DNA from: the human T2T-CHM13v2.0 reference genome, Homo sapiens
DNA: 64,000 nt
NCBI RefSeq assembly: GCF_009914755.1
Contig: NC_060937.1
Direction: 5' to 3' (one strand)
A program made the position numbers and the translations under genes. The notes under the pieces were generated by a model. That model saw only the letters and a program-made list of their open reading frames with translations. It searched no databases and was not told the DNA's origin. This document shows, one piece after another, positions 1 to 15,730 of the stretch (positions are counted from its first letter, which is position 1; each line of letters begins with the position of its first letter).

Positions 1-1060
1 GCAAGGTCCGGGCACCCAGACACCCACAGCACACATGTCTCAATTCACTAAATGAAGTGGAAGCCCCTGAAGGTAGGACCCACCCTACCCTCAAGATGCA
101 AACTCTGCTCACCCTCTGGGTATCCACTAAGACTGATTATTTGTCTAGGCATAGAGACAAATGGGAAACACCTGGCACCAATTATGTGTGGAGCACTCGA
201 AAATCCTTTTTAACCTCGGATGCACTTACAGCACTCATGGCCTTGGTTTCCATCTGAATCATCCGGGCAGAGTCTCACACCAAGCTTCCAAAACCCTTTT
301 AAGAATTTCCGAACCAAGAGACTTGGTGAAATCCATGAATGAGGAAGTCTTGTGGTACAGGAAGCATGGTCCAGGTCAGCCCCTACCCTACCCACCTGGC
401 CTCTTCCAATCCATCACCCACCCAGGCACAGAGGAGCAACATTCTCAAATGGGGCTGAGATTAGGCTGCACGGCCCCTAATCGTCCAACTGCTAAAGTCT
501 AGGCACAGACTCGTTGGGACCCCTCATCTCACCCTCCAATGATTACCATATAGTCATGGAGAGAGGCGAAGGCACAGACAATCCAAGGCCTTCCAGATTT
601 CCCTGTGGGTCTGAGCAACCAGGCTCATCTTCCTAATGGTGTTTCACTTTGGGCTACTGTCAAAATTAGTTTGCAACCCCAAACTCACAATAAGTGGGTG
701 GTGGAGGAAGCCAACCATAGTGTCCTTGGGGCTGGAGAAAGGGAAGCAAGCTCGGATCACACTTTTGCTACGTGAATCACCTAACCACAGATAACAGGGT
801 GACAGGAAGTCAATGATTTGTATCATCTCCCCCTTTGACTCTTGAGATAAAAAGACCTAACCCAAACTTCAGAGAGTCACTGGCAATGGAGGCTAAGACA
901 CTGCAGATGTGGGGAATAAAAGCCCAGTGTGGCGATTCCCTGAGTTCCTTGAATAGTCTTTCCAACTAATTAATCTTCTTGTTCACATGTTCAGAGGGTG
1001 AGTGTGTGACCTGGAACACAGGTCATAGGAGCAGCTTATGAACAGATGTGTGCACGCATG

Positions 1061-1106
<46 letters not shown>

Positions 1107-1130
1107 CTCTCTCTCTCTCTCTCTCTCTCT
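1061..1130. repeat. Compound (CA)n(CT)n microsatellite
   Basis: Seen directly: about 19 CA units followed by about 14 CT units. Confidence 0.97.
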
Positions 1131-3559
1131 GGAAGGTGACTAATGAGAGGATACCAAAACAACCCTTCTTTTAACAAGAAAAGCAAAAATAGTTTTAAAT
1201 TGGCTTTTAAAATCTCATTTCCTAATAGAAGGATTTCTTGAATGATGATTTCCCTTGCTTGTTTCCAGATCATCTGGCCTTCTCCTGAATTCTCCAGTTG
1301 CCTGATTTGAGCCAAGTCCTGCGTGTCTGGGGTTGCAGGACAGACAACATAAACAGTACTAAAACTTATCCTCAGTGTTTCTTTCTTTTCATGTTTCTTT
1401 TTTAACAGAAAGAGGGCGATTCAAAATTATAAAAATGGAAAAGGGTTTAAATTACTGATGCACAGAGAGGTTGTTTTTAAAATTAAGACCATTCCTGCAT
1501 ACTTTGCCTTTGGATGGTGTCCAGCATTTTTCAGATAAACATGCATCTGCACAAACTATCAGCGTTTCCACTTGTTTTACAAAACTGGTCACAAAGAGTA
1601 TGATTTGGACAGAAGCCTGTATCCTTCTGTAACACAACAGCCCAGTCCAAAAGGTGGTTGAATGCTAAGGGTGAAAAGTGAAAACGGAAATTCAGTATCA
1701 AATCTCTTGCACCAAAGTTCCCAGGCACCATGACCACTCCCTGCCTTGTTATTTGGCAAAGAACTGGTTAAAAAAAGAAAAAAAGAAGAAGAAGAAAGCA
1801 ACAATAAGACGATATACACTTTTGGGGAGTAGCTAAAATGTTTAGGGCTCTGCCTGCCTTAATACTCAACCTACCTGACCCCCTAAATCAGTTTGGTAAA
1901 AGCAAGATGACCTGATCTGATTCTGGGATCTGGGAGAAAATACACGCAGAAGGGGCTCCTATCACCAACTCTCATTATAAATATGCCACAATCCTTTTCA
2001 CAGCCCTTCTCTGAGTCTTCTCCTGCCCTGATGTGTCCTTCTGAAGATGCAACACTCAGTTCTGAACAGAATGCAGAACCCCAGCAGGTCATGCATCTGA
2101 ATGAGAAAGCAGTATCTTCCTGTCCTCTCTTCACAAGGCCCCAGGATGTTAGGACCAGCAATGCAATCTGCTGATGTTTTCAGCTCCTTTCAAAGCAAGG
2201 TGCTAGATTCCCAAACTTCTCCTCCTGAGGGCTTGCTTGGCAGAGGAGCTTAGTAGAGGGTGGCTTGCAGGTGGCAAGATACAGCACGGTAGGACACCAT
2301 TAAAAATCTCATGCCCTCCACAGTTAAACATTTGAAATTTGCTCAAGAAAACTGTCACATACTTGAAAAAAGAAAGAAGAAAAATGAGGTAAAATCATTC
2401 TCCTCACTCGAAATAAAAATTGAAACTCATGCACAGAGATGGGCTGGCATACAGACTCCATTTGTTCTGCAGCTTGGAAATGAATGACAAAATGCCCCCA
2501 AACCTTCCATATTCACCTCCAGTGCCACCCTCAGTTAACAACTCCCCTCCAAAATGCAAATACCCTTTAGCAGATACAAGTCTATTAGCTATTTTTACCA
2601 TAGTGTGATTTTTTACAATCAGATAAGAACGTAACATCTAGCTGAGGTCATTCACATGCAGAAACTGTTAAGTTCTGGCAGTGAAAAAAGATGAGTGGCA
2701 GTGGAGCTCAGGAGCACCTAGGGTGGGAGGGCAAGGCTCTGCAGTTTGGGGTTCCAGAGGCCAAGGCGCAACAGCAGAAGAGAGGACAAAAAAGGACAAG
2801 AAGGGGCTTCTGTGCATTTCCCCAAATACACCCTTACCCTGGTGGCGTCAGCACTTACCTCTCAGCAAGGAAAGGCCTTCAGCCTGAGCTGTGAAAGATG
2901 AAGACTAAACAATGATTCTAAGGTTCTCTTCTCCACTCCCATCTACCGAACTCACTTCGCAAGTAGTAAAGGGATAATTATTTAAATATACTGCCTTACA
3001 TTTACTTGCTGGTACGAAACCACTTGTAATCTCTATTCAGAAACCACTTAAATTTGGTTTCAAAATTTTGTTCTCAGTGAGGGACTTTAGGTAAAGTAGT
3101 TCCCCAGAACTCCTTAATAACAGGAAAAGTTGGAAGTGCTATGCCCATTATATACACAGCTACCAAGTCCTGTTGACAATCTAAATGGAGAGAGTATCTT
3201 TTCATCCTCTTTCTGCCATGGGTAGTGATCACAGACTGGGGCCCTCATCCCATACAAGCCCTTTGTGGCTTTTTCATTCAGTTTCTCTTGTGTGTTAGAA
3301 GAGGTAGCAGGGTAACTTTTTCTGTGAGAAAATCAGAAGGCACGCCTTAGGTGTATGGGTCTTTCCAGACATCACACTAAGGTAACTCTTGGATTAACTT
3401 AATTAGCTCTCACAGTCAAAACAAGATGATAAGCCTATGGCTGAGAGAGGAGGACTTGGGGCCTTTCTGACACCAAGGAAGACACAGCATGGAGACATGA
3501 AAGAGGACAGGACAGCCTGAGATATCTGCCATGAGGCAGGAGCAGGCTGGGAAGTTATC

Positions 3560-3710
3560 GAAGCTCAAGCGTCCGCATGCTCCCTTGCAGGGGCTCCCCC
3601 TATGGTCTCGTACCTCACTTGGTATTTGTAATTTTCTATTTGTTTTCTTAAAGAGGGACTTCCAACTGGCAAGAATGTTAGGGCCCTATGAAAGCTGGAT
3701 CTGTCCTTGA
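3560..3710. mobile_element. Old MER-type DNA transposon remnant, family uncertain
   Basis: CTTAAAGAGGG...GGGCCCTATGAAAGCTGGATCTGTCCTTG resembles the terminus of old hAT-type MERs. Confidence 0.35.
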
Positions 3711-4400
3711 CCTGAAAGTTCCTCAAGCACTCAAACTTAGCAAGACCAAGAGTGAGCTCCCGATCTCTCTACCCCACTCCCCACCTACGCTTACATCCGT
3801 CCTTCCTCTGCGCTTGCATCTGATCAAGGGCACCACTACCACGGAGTCAGAAGATGGGGCATGGGGCACTGTTACCCCTGCTCCCTCATTCACTTCCATT
3901 GTGCATCAGTCAAGTAAATTCTAGTAAAAAGTAAATCTATAAAAATTCTCTAGTTTGACCCTTTCCCTTCATCCCCTTGGTCGCAGGGTTTGTGTGGGGG
4001 ATCAGAGCTTTCACTCCTGCTCTCCCTGTCTCTCCCTTTCTGATTCTGATCCCACTCTGATGTGAGAGGAGGATCTAATATCACCCCTCAGGGGCCCTGC
4101 AAGCCTTCAGGCTTGAACATAAATTTCTCAGCCCACGTGTGCAGCTCTGCACAAATGGCCAGAGCATTCCAAAGGCTGAGCTTCTCAGGCTTCCTTGAGC
4201 ATCACAGAACACACTACTCCCTTCAGGGGCAACGTCCTCCCCACCCACATCCACATTCTAACCTCCTAGGCATCTGTGTTCATCCTTCAAACCCAGCTCA
4301 GGTGTCACCTTCTCTTCTATCCTTCTCCACGGTCCCTGGTCAGTGGGTTCACACAGCCTTTGGTTGCTCATGGAATTCAGCAACTTTTTTCTACTAATGT
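3710..4400 (+). mobile_element. L2 LINE fragment
   Basis: CACTCAAACTTAGCAAGACCAAGAGTGAGCTC resembles the L2 core CTCAAACTCAACATGTCCAAAACTGAACTC; pyrimidine-rich L2-like continuation. Confidence 0.6.
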
Positions 4401-4557
4401 TACCTTTTGCTTCCCAAGCTAGACCAGGCTCCCCATTCAACTTTGTCTCATCTTTTTCTCACTCTTCCACTGTCGTGGGGTTTGCTCATTTCTGAGAACT
4501 TTTCCATGCACTGTCCTGACTTCACCTTTCTGCTAAGCTCAGCTGACACGCAGGACT

Positions 4558-4780
4558 CTGTGGTATGGAGGGAAAGAGCACACAGGGCTCTGGAACTAAG
4601 TGACAGGTTTGAATCCTGGCCCGTCCTACTCACTTGCTGTGTGATTTTAAACAGTATTTACACTTTTCTTTGTTCCTTGGCTTCCTCATCTATAAAATAA
4701 AGGTAACCACAGTTTCTACATCAGGGGGTTGTCATAAGGATGGAACAAGTAAATAGACAGGAAGAGCTGGAAACGGCATG
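4558..4780 (+). mobile_element. MIR SINE
   Basis: GGTTTGAATCCTGGC...CTTGCTGTGTGATTTT...TTCCTCATCTATAAAAT core. Confidence 0.85.
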
Positions 4781-5149
4781 ATAACTAGTTAACAATAGAA
4801 GTCTGCTCTTCTGATGGAGGGAGGGGAGGGGAGGGGAAAGAAGAAGAGAATGGTTTTATTCAATGATCAATTCTTTCCCCAGTCTACTACACAAGCCCCT
4901 TCCAGGCCAAGGGGATACCTTGAAATTCTGTTGTGCCTAAAAGGATGGTGTGCACATAACATATTTTGTTAAATGTTCCTGCGGACAGTAAAGATGATGG
5001 TGTTGGTGAACTAGAGGCAAGAGGCTTAAACAAACACACTCAGACAGAGGTCTTCAAGCCGTTGGCATTTATTTCTTTAGCTAAGATTCTGTTTCCAGAT
5101 GCACAGCAGGCTCTCCCCATCCCTGAGCACTCAGCTCCAGGCTCCTTTC

Positions 5150-6090
5150 CCAGCTCCTTCTCCTGTCCCTTCCAGGGCCCTTGGCTCTTTGCCTTCTGAA
5201 TACGCTCACCAGGAGATCTCATCCCCTTCCATCCTTCATTACCAGACATCTGTCTGTGCTGGGATCCACACTCTAGCTATGGTCCTACTAGTCGCATCCC
5301 ACTGGTTTACATGTTGTGATGCGCTAAACCTCAAACTCAAGATGTCTGGAACTGAAATCCTCCTTTCCCAATTCTTCCTGATCCATTCCTTCAGTGCTCC
5401 CACCTCAGCAGGTGGCACCCTGGAGGTGCCCAGGGCACAAATACCAACACTCTTGACTCCTTCCTCTCTTATTTAACTGCCAAATCTCTCATTTAACACT
5501 CTCTTAAATCTTCTATCTCCTCCACCACCTGCTTCAGGCCACCATCACCTGTGACCCCCCAATGACCTCCTCACTAGTGTTCCTGTCTTGAGACCTCTCC
5601 TTTCTCTAAGCCGTTATCCACCCTGCAGGATAAGTACAGTATGAGATTCATTAAAAACATGAACATGTTTCTTTAAAACCTTCACTAAATGGCTTCCCTC
5701 TAATACAGGAATAAAGTTCCAACAAGACCCACCATGATATGTCCCCTGCTTACCTCTCCAGCCTCACTGGTCACCCTTCTACTCCCACCATTGTCCTACA
5801 GCCTGATAAGCCACCTCCAGCACTGTGGAATTACTAGCAGTTCCAAGGAGCCCTCAGCTCTCCCTCCTTGGGACTTTGCTCCCTCTGCAGAAACGTCCCT
5901 CTCCTTCTCCTTCACCTGGTTAAATCCTTCTACAAGGAGCCCTGCGTAGGTGCTTGTGGTACCTGTGCTTACCCCCATCATGGCCCATATCCCACGTGGC
6001 AGCCTTATGGGCCCTCTGAGAGCAGAGATTATGACTCTTTCATATCATACCACCCTGTAATTGGCAAACATCCAATGGATGTCTGAGAAC
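5150..6090 (+). mobile_element. L2 LINE fragment
   Basis: ACCTCAAACTCAAGATGTCTGGAACTGAAATCC, CTTGACTCCTTCCTCTCTT and an L2-like 3' end. Confidence 0.75.
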
Positions 6091-6585
6091 TGAAGAAAAT
6101 ATGGGAGGTTGGGGGAGAACAAGGAAAAGACCTCAGGATTCTCTTCCAGTTGTTCTTCAACAATAAAGAAAGCACAAGGAAATAATAAGTTACAAGACTG
6201 AGTCTTTGATAATGTTGTTACCTGTTTCTTAAGCCTAGAAAATATACAGGAAATACCAAACATCCATAAAACTATTTAGCATACAGGACTGCATCTGAGA
6301 ATCCCATAAACAGTCTCACTCCACAGACTCTGCAAAGGCAGAACCTACTCAAGAAGCAGAGAAAACACCTATCATCGGCAATTGGCTCCAAGTGGTCCCT
6401 CTGCTTCTGTTCACAAGTCATTTCTACTTTGAGTCTCCTAGGATATGTGTTTTTCCTTGGCAGAGAAACAAATGCTGATTGAAACGTATCCTAGGATGAG
6501 GTCATTCATTGTTCATTGACATTTGAAAAATAGTAAAGTACACCTTTATTCAATATTCTAGTACTGCATTGACCAAAAAACTATA

Positions 6586-6586
<1 letters not shown>

Positions 6587-6623
<37 letters not shown>
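6587..6623. repeat. (AC)n microsatellite
   Basis: Seen directly, about 18 units. Confidence 0.97.
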
Positions 6624-6625
<2 letters not shown>

Positions 6626-7339
6626 CACATGTACTTCACACACACATATTCATATCCAAACCTTCGTATACACTATAAAATCTAGTTAAGGAGGGAAATT
6701 AATTATCCTTAGAATTTGTATAATGTATAAAAGGAAAACCAGAATGTACTCTTCATCTATAAATGTACAGATATATTTCCTGCAGACATGAATAGACTTT
6801 GTTTGGAAACTCTGCTAGCACCTTTGCTTATATTTTGCTGGGTCTTCTTTTGTTAGCAAAGACCGGATATACCAAAAAAAAAAAAAGAGTAGATTCAAAT
6901 CAAGGTTACTTGAGGATGCAGCTGCCACGTTGGAATTTTTCTTTCATCAAAATGCCCCAGAGAGTCCACATAAAGACAAGCTTGATCTATTTTATGAACA
7001 GGCTATTTACTGAGGAAACAAACCTACAAATATAATTAACTGCTCACTTAAACCTTAACCCTTAGCTCCTGAATCTTAACCAATATGTCTCATAAGATCA
7101 CTTAATTCAGCAACTTACGCAGTACAGTCTGTTTATTCTATCTTTAAATTATAGAATTTATGTCTCTCCCCAAATTTCTTGTTTTCATTTTTCCTGAATT
7201 GCAATTAAACTGACAGCTGTATAAGAACCTTGCTTTTGCAGTGCACAGAGAACACTAAAGAAAAAAATGGGGAGTAGGGGAAAAAGGAAAAGGCCTTAGG
7301 GTTTTCTTCCAATTGTTGCAAAGCCTCGTATATAAAAGA

Positions 7340-8600
7340 ACATAAAATATAATAAAGGCAGTATCACAAACCACTGAGTAAGGAATGGATTATTCAACAT
7401 GGGACTGGGAAAAATGGGTAGGAAATTGAATTAGGATCTTAACTAAACTATAAATCCAAATAAATTCTAAATCTACTAAAGCAGGGCACAGCAAACTTTT
7501 TGCAAAGGGCCAGCTAGTAAATATTTTAGGTCAGCTGATAATATTTATCAGGTGACTTTATCAGCTGACTTAAATAAGTGTCTGTCCTAATGACTCAACT
7601 CTAGCACCATTAAAGCAGGCCTGGACAATTTAAAAAAACAAATGTGGCTATGTGGCAATAAAACTTTATTTACAAAAACAGACAGCAGGCCAGATTTGCC
7701 CCCATAGACTTAGTCTGCTAACCCTGAGGGGAAAAGACAAATAGTAAATAAACAAACAAATTCCAAAAGAAAATACTGGTGAATATCTGATCTCAGATAG
7801 GCAAGAATTTCTAAGCATAAAGGTAATGGAAGAAACCACAGAGGAAAAGATGGTTATGTATACCATTTACATTCAAACCTCAGTTAGTAAAATAAGTACC
7901 ATAAAGAAATTAAACAAAATCAAAAGGCAAATGACAAAACAGAGAAACACGTGATGAAGATAACGAAGGATTTAGAGTTTGAAAGGTGTTATCTTTTGTT
8001 TCTCAAACTGGCAAAAATGATGCTAGCCAGGATCAAATATAAAAAAAGCACTAATAGTCCCTGCTGCTAGGAGTGTAACTTGGATCAGTCATCACACAAT
8101 AAAACAATATGCCTTAATAGGCCTTTAAAAAATTCATTCTTCGCTAGTTCACTTTTATAAATCTAGCCTACAAAAATAACTATAGATCCACACAGATTTT
8201 TGGGTAAAGATGTCTTCTGTAATCTCGATTTATAACAACCTAAATACTGAACAACAGAGAAGTATTTAAATAAATTCCCGTACATATATTACAATGGAAT
8301 ACTATACATATGTTAAATCATGTTTTAGCAGAACTTTATGGGCATAAGAAAATGCTCATAATAAAATACAGTAAGTGAAAAATGCATCAGAAATTTTTAT
8401 GGACAATTATCCCTTTTTTAATATTTGCAGAAGCAGAGAAAAATATCAGAAAACACATACCACAAATTAAGCAGTTTTGGTTTCTGGGCTGTGAGTTATG
8501 GGTAATTTTTGTTTTCCTCTTATTCTTCTTTGTGGTCTCTAAATTTTCTACAGTACTTATGTATTCTAAATATAAAAGACAACAAATGTTACTTTTAAAA
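7340..8600 (+). mobile_element. Old L1 (L1ME-type) 3' region, interrupted by MER58A
   Basis: GGATTATTCAA, GAATTTCTAAGCATAAAGG, ACAATGGAATACTAT and AAATTTTCTACAGTAC are L1ME-like motifs. Confidence 0.7.
7482..7726 (+). mobile_element. MER58A (hAT-Charlie) DNA transposon
   Basis: CAGGG..GCAAACTTTTTGCAAAGGGCCAG.TAGTAAATATTTTAGG ... CAATAAAACTTTATTTACAAAAACAG ... CCCTG terminal repeats. Confidence 0.88.
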
Positions 8601-8612
8601 AGCAAAAAGCAT

Positions 8613-9210
<598 letters not shown>

Positions 9211-9694
9211 TTAATTTAATTTAAAAATTAAAAAATAAAAAGCAAAAAGGTCACTGCTTCTCACTAAGGCCATGGGAGAAATAGAAATCAACTTCAGCAA
9301 AGCAGTAGCAGCTTTATTCATCTGTTTCTACTCAGTATTTCTGCTGCTGCTCTTTACTTCTGAATATCCATGAAATAGCTATATCAACTCTAAAAGGGTG
9401 AAGACCTCTCAGAACAAACACATTCCAGCCCCCACAATGGAACATTTCAGAACTCTCCTGGGATGTTTAAGAATGCTCATGATCATGCTTCCAGAAGCAG
9501 AGGCAAAATTAGTGCTAATTTGAACCCTGATATGACTGTGTTACTTGCCTAAGTATACAGCAATCTAAGTCACTGTATTCTGTTCAACAGGTGACCCCAT
9601 CATCAACTTCATAAATAGCAATGATGAAAACAAACTGCTCGAAGTCAGAAGAGGTGAACACAAACTTTCTTATCTTGAATTTTTAAAAATCTCC

Positions 9695-9985
9695 AAATAA
9701 TCTTTCTGGAGGGTAGTCTGGCTATACATACCAAAATCCTTTAACAAGTAAATATATTTTGAGCTAGCTACTCCAGATCTGGAAATCTGCTAAGAAAACA
9801 ATTGTATAAATGTTTAAAGTATATATGCATAGATATTTATCACAACATTTATAATTGGAAAGGAAAATGGAAGAGAAGGTATAGGTTAAATAAAATGTTA
9901 CATCTGTAAAATGAAATGACACCATTAAGAATGAGACATAAATGTCCATTCATTGACATGAACAGATGTTTATGATATATTGTGC
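9695..9985 (+). mobile_element. L1ME-type fragment, continuing at about 10345-10410 and 10770-10920
   Basis: CTTTCTGGAGGGTAGTCTGGC and GTTAAATAAAATGTTACATC are L1 3' motifs. Confidence 0.65.
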
Positions 9986-9987
9986 AG

Positions 9988-9988
<1 letters not shown>

Positions 9989-10057
<69 letters not shown>
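9989..10057. repeat. (CT)n(AT)n(T)n compound repeat at an Alu tail
   Basis: Seen directly. Confidence 0.95.
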
Positions 10058-10341
10058 GAGACGAAGTCTCATTCTTGTCCCCCAGGCTGAAGTGCAATGG
10101 TGTGATCTCAGCTCACTGCAACCTCCGCCTCCCGGGGTTCAAGCAATTCTCCTGCCTCAGCCTCCCGAGTAGCTGGGATTATAGGTGCCTGCCACCACAC
10201 CCAGCTAATTTTTGTATTTTTAGTAGAGACGGGGTTTCACCATGTTGGCCAGGCTGGTCTCAATCTCCTGACCTCAGGTGATCTGCTTGCCTTGACCTCC
10301 CAAAGTGCTGGGATTACAGGCGTGAGCCACCGCGCCCGGCC
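10043..10341 (-). mobile_element. AluS SINE
   Basis: Full reverse dimer ending CCACCGCGCCCGGCC. Confidence 0.96.
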
Positions 10342-10409
10342 CATGTGGAGTCTCTTGAAAGCAAGATACAAGACTATATAACATAACAACATTCTTCTTA
10401 TACTCTACT

Positions 10410-10766
10410 TGTATCTTAGTCAGCTAAAGCTGCTACAACAAAATACTATAGACTGGGTGGCTAAGCAACAGAAATGTATTTTCTCACCATTCTAAGACTG
10501 GAAGTCTGAGATCAGGGTGCCAGTATGGTCAGGGCCTGGTGAAGGCTATCTTGGCTTCTTCCAGTGTCCTCACTTGAGTTGGTGGGGTCCCAGGAGGATC
10601 ATTTCCTCTTTAAGGCCACAGTACTATAAGATTAGGGCCCCGCCTTTATGACTTCACGTAACCTTAATTACCTCCTAAAGACCCTATTGCCAAACACAGT
10701 CCCATTAGGGGTTAGAGCTTCAACATATGAATAGGGAGGTAGGGGACACAATTCAGTCCATTGCAA
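10410..10766 (-). mobile_element. MLT1A-type MaLR LTR
   Basis: TCTTAGTCAGCT..GCTGCTACAACAAAATAC.ATAGACTGGGTGGCT ... GATCAGGGTGCCAG ... GGGGACACAATTCAGTCCAT. Confidence 0.88.
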
Positions 10767-12673
10767 CTTGTTACATATATTTTTATGAATAGTGGTATTT
10801 GTGAATGATATCTGGAAAGGTTGTGTCTCAAAATGTTTAAAACAGCAGTTGTCTCTGTGTTCCTGGACACTGGCATGCTTAGTTTCTACAATAAGTGTGC
10901 ATTACTAGTTTATACTTTAATAAATATTAAAGCAAAGGAATCCCACTGATAAATAAGACAGTATATTTTAACAAAGTTCTGGGGAAAGGTCTGGCCCTCT
11001 CTCGTGCTCACACACATTGGCTGCACTCAAAAGCAGCCACAATAGAGCAGGGCAATCTTAGTTATGACACAGGAAATGGATCAAGGAATCAGAGCAGACT
11101 GTTCCTTGAAAACATCAGCCTAGTTTACTGTTGTGATCAAAACAGACAACAAAATCCACCGGGCATCATTAAGAAAAATATTAGAACTAAAATGGAAAAC
11201 AGCCTACCCAAACCATGGTGCTGTGACCAGACTTGGACCCAAGGAGTATTCTGGCACTAGAAGGCAGCCAAGCAGGCTCCGGGCCTTCATGACACCTCGA
11301 GGCAGATAAAACCGATATAAATGTACAAGAAAAAGCCATGAGAACACCTAAGATAATCAAGATCTGGCCTCTACTTTCCCTGCCTGCCTCCAGCTAACAG
11401 GTATTATTATTCCATTTTCACATACCTTGTCACTGATTATTCACTTACCTCTCAGCCAGCCCCCGAGATCCCACCTGTCCCCACCCCCAAACCCACAGAC
11501 ACACAAGCAGGATGGGGGCTTTCAGGGGCCAGAAAGCGTATCATCTTCAACTCTGCTGTCTTTGCACAGTGCACACATTCAACAAATGACTGTTAAATAA
11601 GTACATGATCAATTAAAGGATTTTTTTCATAGCCGGTAGGTTTTTCTCATTAGAAAAGACTGTTTAGTCCTTCGGGACTGTTTGGGGAGATTAAAGTGGT
11701 CTGATAAAAGTTTATATAGTACTAAAGTATGAAGACATGTTGAAGACAGTTAGGAAATCTTGTAATGACAGAGACATGAAAAACTTTAAGGTTTTAAGGC
11801 CATAAGGTAAAAAAAAAAAAAGAGAGAGAAATATTAATTTACAATGGGTAAAATTACAGCTGCATTATCCCAACATGTCACAAAAGAAACTGAAGACAAG
11901 TTTATTTTCTCCTCTTGTGACAAGCACTTTGCCTGTATTACTGCTCTTCATTAAGCAGCTGACAGGGTCCTAGCTGCTGTTAAAGTTCTAACCGAGCAAG
12001 TTCTTCCACTTCAGTTATAATTGGCAAAAACAGAACATGTTGAGAATAATCCATCAGCTCTTCAATTCTTCCACAGCTACTTGACGTGGAATATGATATT
12101 GGTAGCTATGAGTAAAATAGGTCAATCCTAGCCAGAAGGCTAGCCCCATCACAAACTTGCCTAGACAAGGAAAAATTGAATTGACAATGTGTTTTGTTTC
12201 AGCCCAAGCTTCCTTCTGAACCTCCACTGGAGATTCTAGGCTGAGCTATCCTTTCCTGTCCTCAGGCAGTACCTGCGTGTCCCATGTGTCAGCGTCCCCA
12301 TCATTTTTGTACACTCAGCACACAAAAGCAATCAAGACTGCTTCCTAAATGAGTTGAACTAACACAGTCAATTAATCCGAAAAGGGGAAATACTTTAGGA
12401 AAAATCTACACTCAGGAATAAGATCTTCCCAAATCAGTCTTGTCCCTCAACTGTGGTAGAATTACTAGTCAAAATGTAGGTGTCTATACTTGAAATTCAG
12501 CCTGTCCCCAACTACCAGAGAAGTACATCTCCTAATGTAGCGCCCACCATATGGCTGATTCACTGTTTAAATATAAATTCCAGTAGGAGCCTGAACAGCC
12601 CTAGCCTTACAAAGCTAAATCCTGCACTCAAGACATCTGTTTGTTACTTCAGAGCCATCCTTAGTGATGGTAA

Positions 12674-13004
<331 letters not shown>

Positions 13005-13399
13005 TTACCTTTTAATTTATATTGTAACTTATTTCAAAAGGATTTAAAGTTATTTACATATATACATAATAAAATTTAAAAGTATTTTAATAAGCAGATG
13101 ATAAAAAGCAGACTGATAAAATGGCAGGTAATATAAAAAAATAAGCAAAGTTGAAGGGCAATATAAAAGTCATTTTGAAAAAGCCTAGAACCTGCTAGAA
13201 TTTGGTCATATGTTTGGAAATAAGCTTTAACAGTTAACTGATGACTTGGCTGGGATCAGTTACATGAACCAGACTGTATATAAAATGAAAACAAAGTAGT
13301 TCCTCATGAAAAGCACAACCATTCATATTATGAAGAGAAGAAATTTATTCCAGGGCTCCTCATAAAAGGAACACCAAAAAACAGAAATGACAATGATTA

Positions 13400-13996
<597 letters not shown>

Positions 13997-14807
13997 TAAC
14001 ATCCTTATAGTAGATTCCACTTTCTTAAGTATGTTTCTTATGACGTGCTTCAGTATAGGGCAAGAAAAAAATCACAAAGCTTAGATCAGAAACAGAAATT
14101 CCACTGAGGACAAACTAGGCAGACCAGGCATGTGGTTCTCTGACAGATGGATAGATATTTGGGACATCTAGGGTCTTCAGAAGAATGGGTGGCCTCGAGC
14201 CCTTTAGGCCATCCTTCATGAATGTTACATTCCCTCCACAAAGGCTTGGTGCTCACTGAGTAGCTGAAGTAGGGGTTTTGCTTTCTGAGGGCAGGTGAAA
14301 TACAGCTCTTACCTGATGACAGTTAAGCCAGAATCACAGGCTGGAGCCACCACCTGAGCTGGAGGTAGGACAGACATCCTACCCAAGCTGAGAACCCTGG
14401 TGCAAACCCACATATGAAGATAAAGTCAGCCTATCTTTGCATGGGGGTGACCCAAGGAAGTACCAATGGGCAGGGCTCCCTTAAGAAATGCGTCATCAAT
14501 AGAGGTAGTCTGGACAATATCCAATTGTCAGTCATTACCACTGCAAGCCCAGGGAACATTCAACCATGAACCACACAACTTCTTGGTGTGTGTTCTTGGT
14601 AACCATGACAGAAGGGTTAGAAGCACACCTCTAGGGAGTGGAATGGTCAACAGGCTCAGAGAGATCATTAACAGAGAGCCAGTTACTGTTTGGGGAAACT
14701 AAAAATTTAAAAAAACACACATTTTGGCTTTAGAATAAGTGATTTTAACTAATCTTCTCAGTAGTTTCTCCAAGTTCAAGTTCAGGACCGTAAAGCCATT
14801 TCATCAG

Positions 14808-15730
<923 letters not shown>

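Noticed and set aside
983-1315. 110-aa ORF with ERERER/CVCVCV
   Set aside because: Translation of the (CA)n(CT)n microsatellite.
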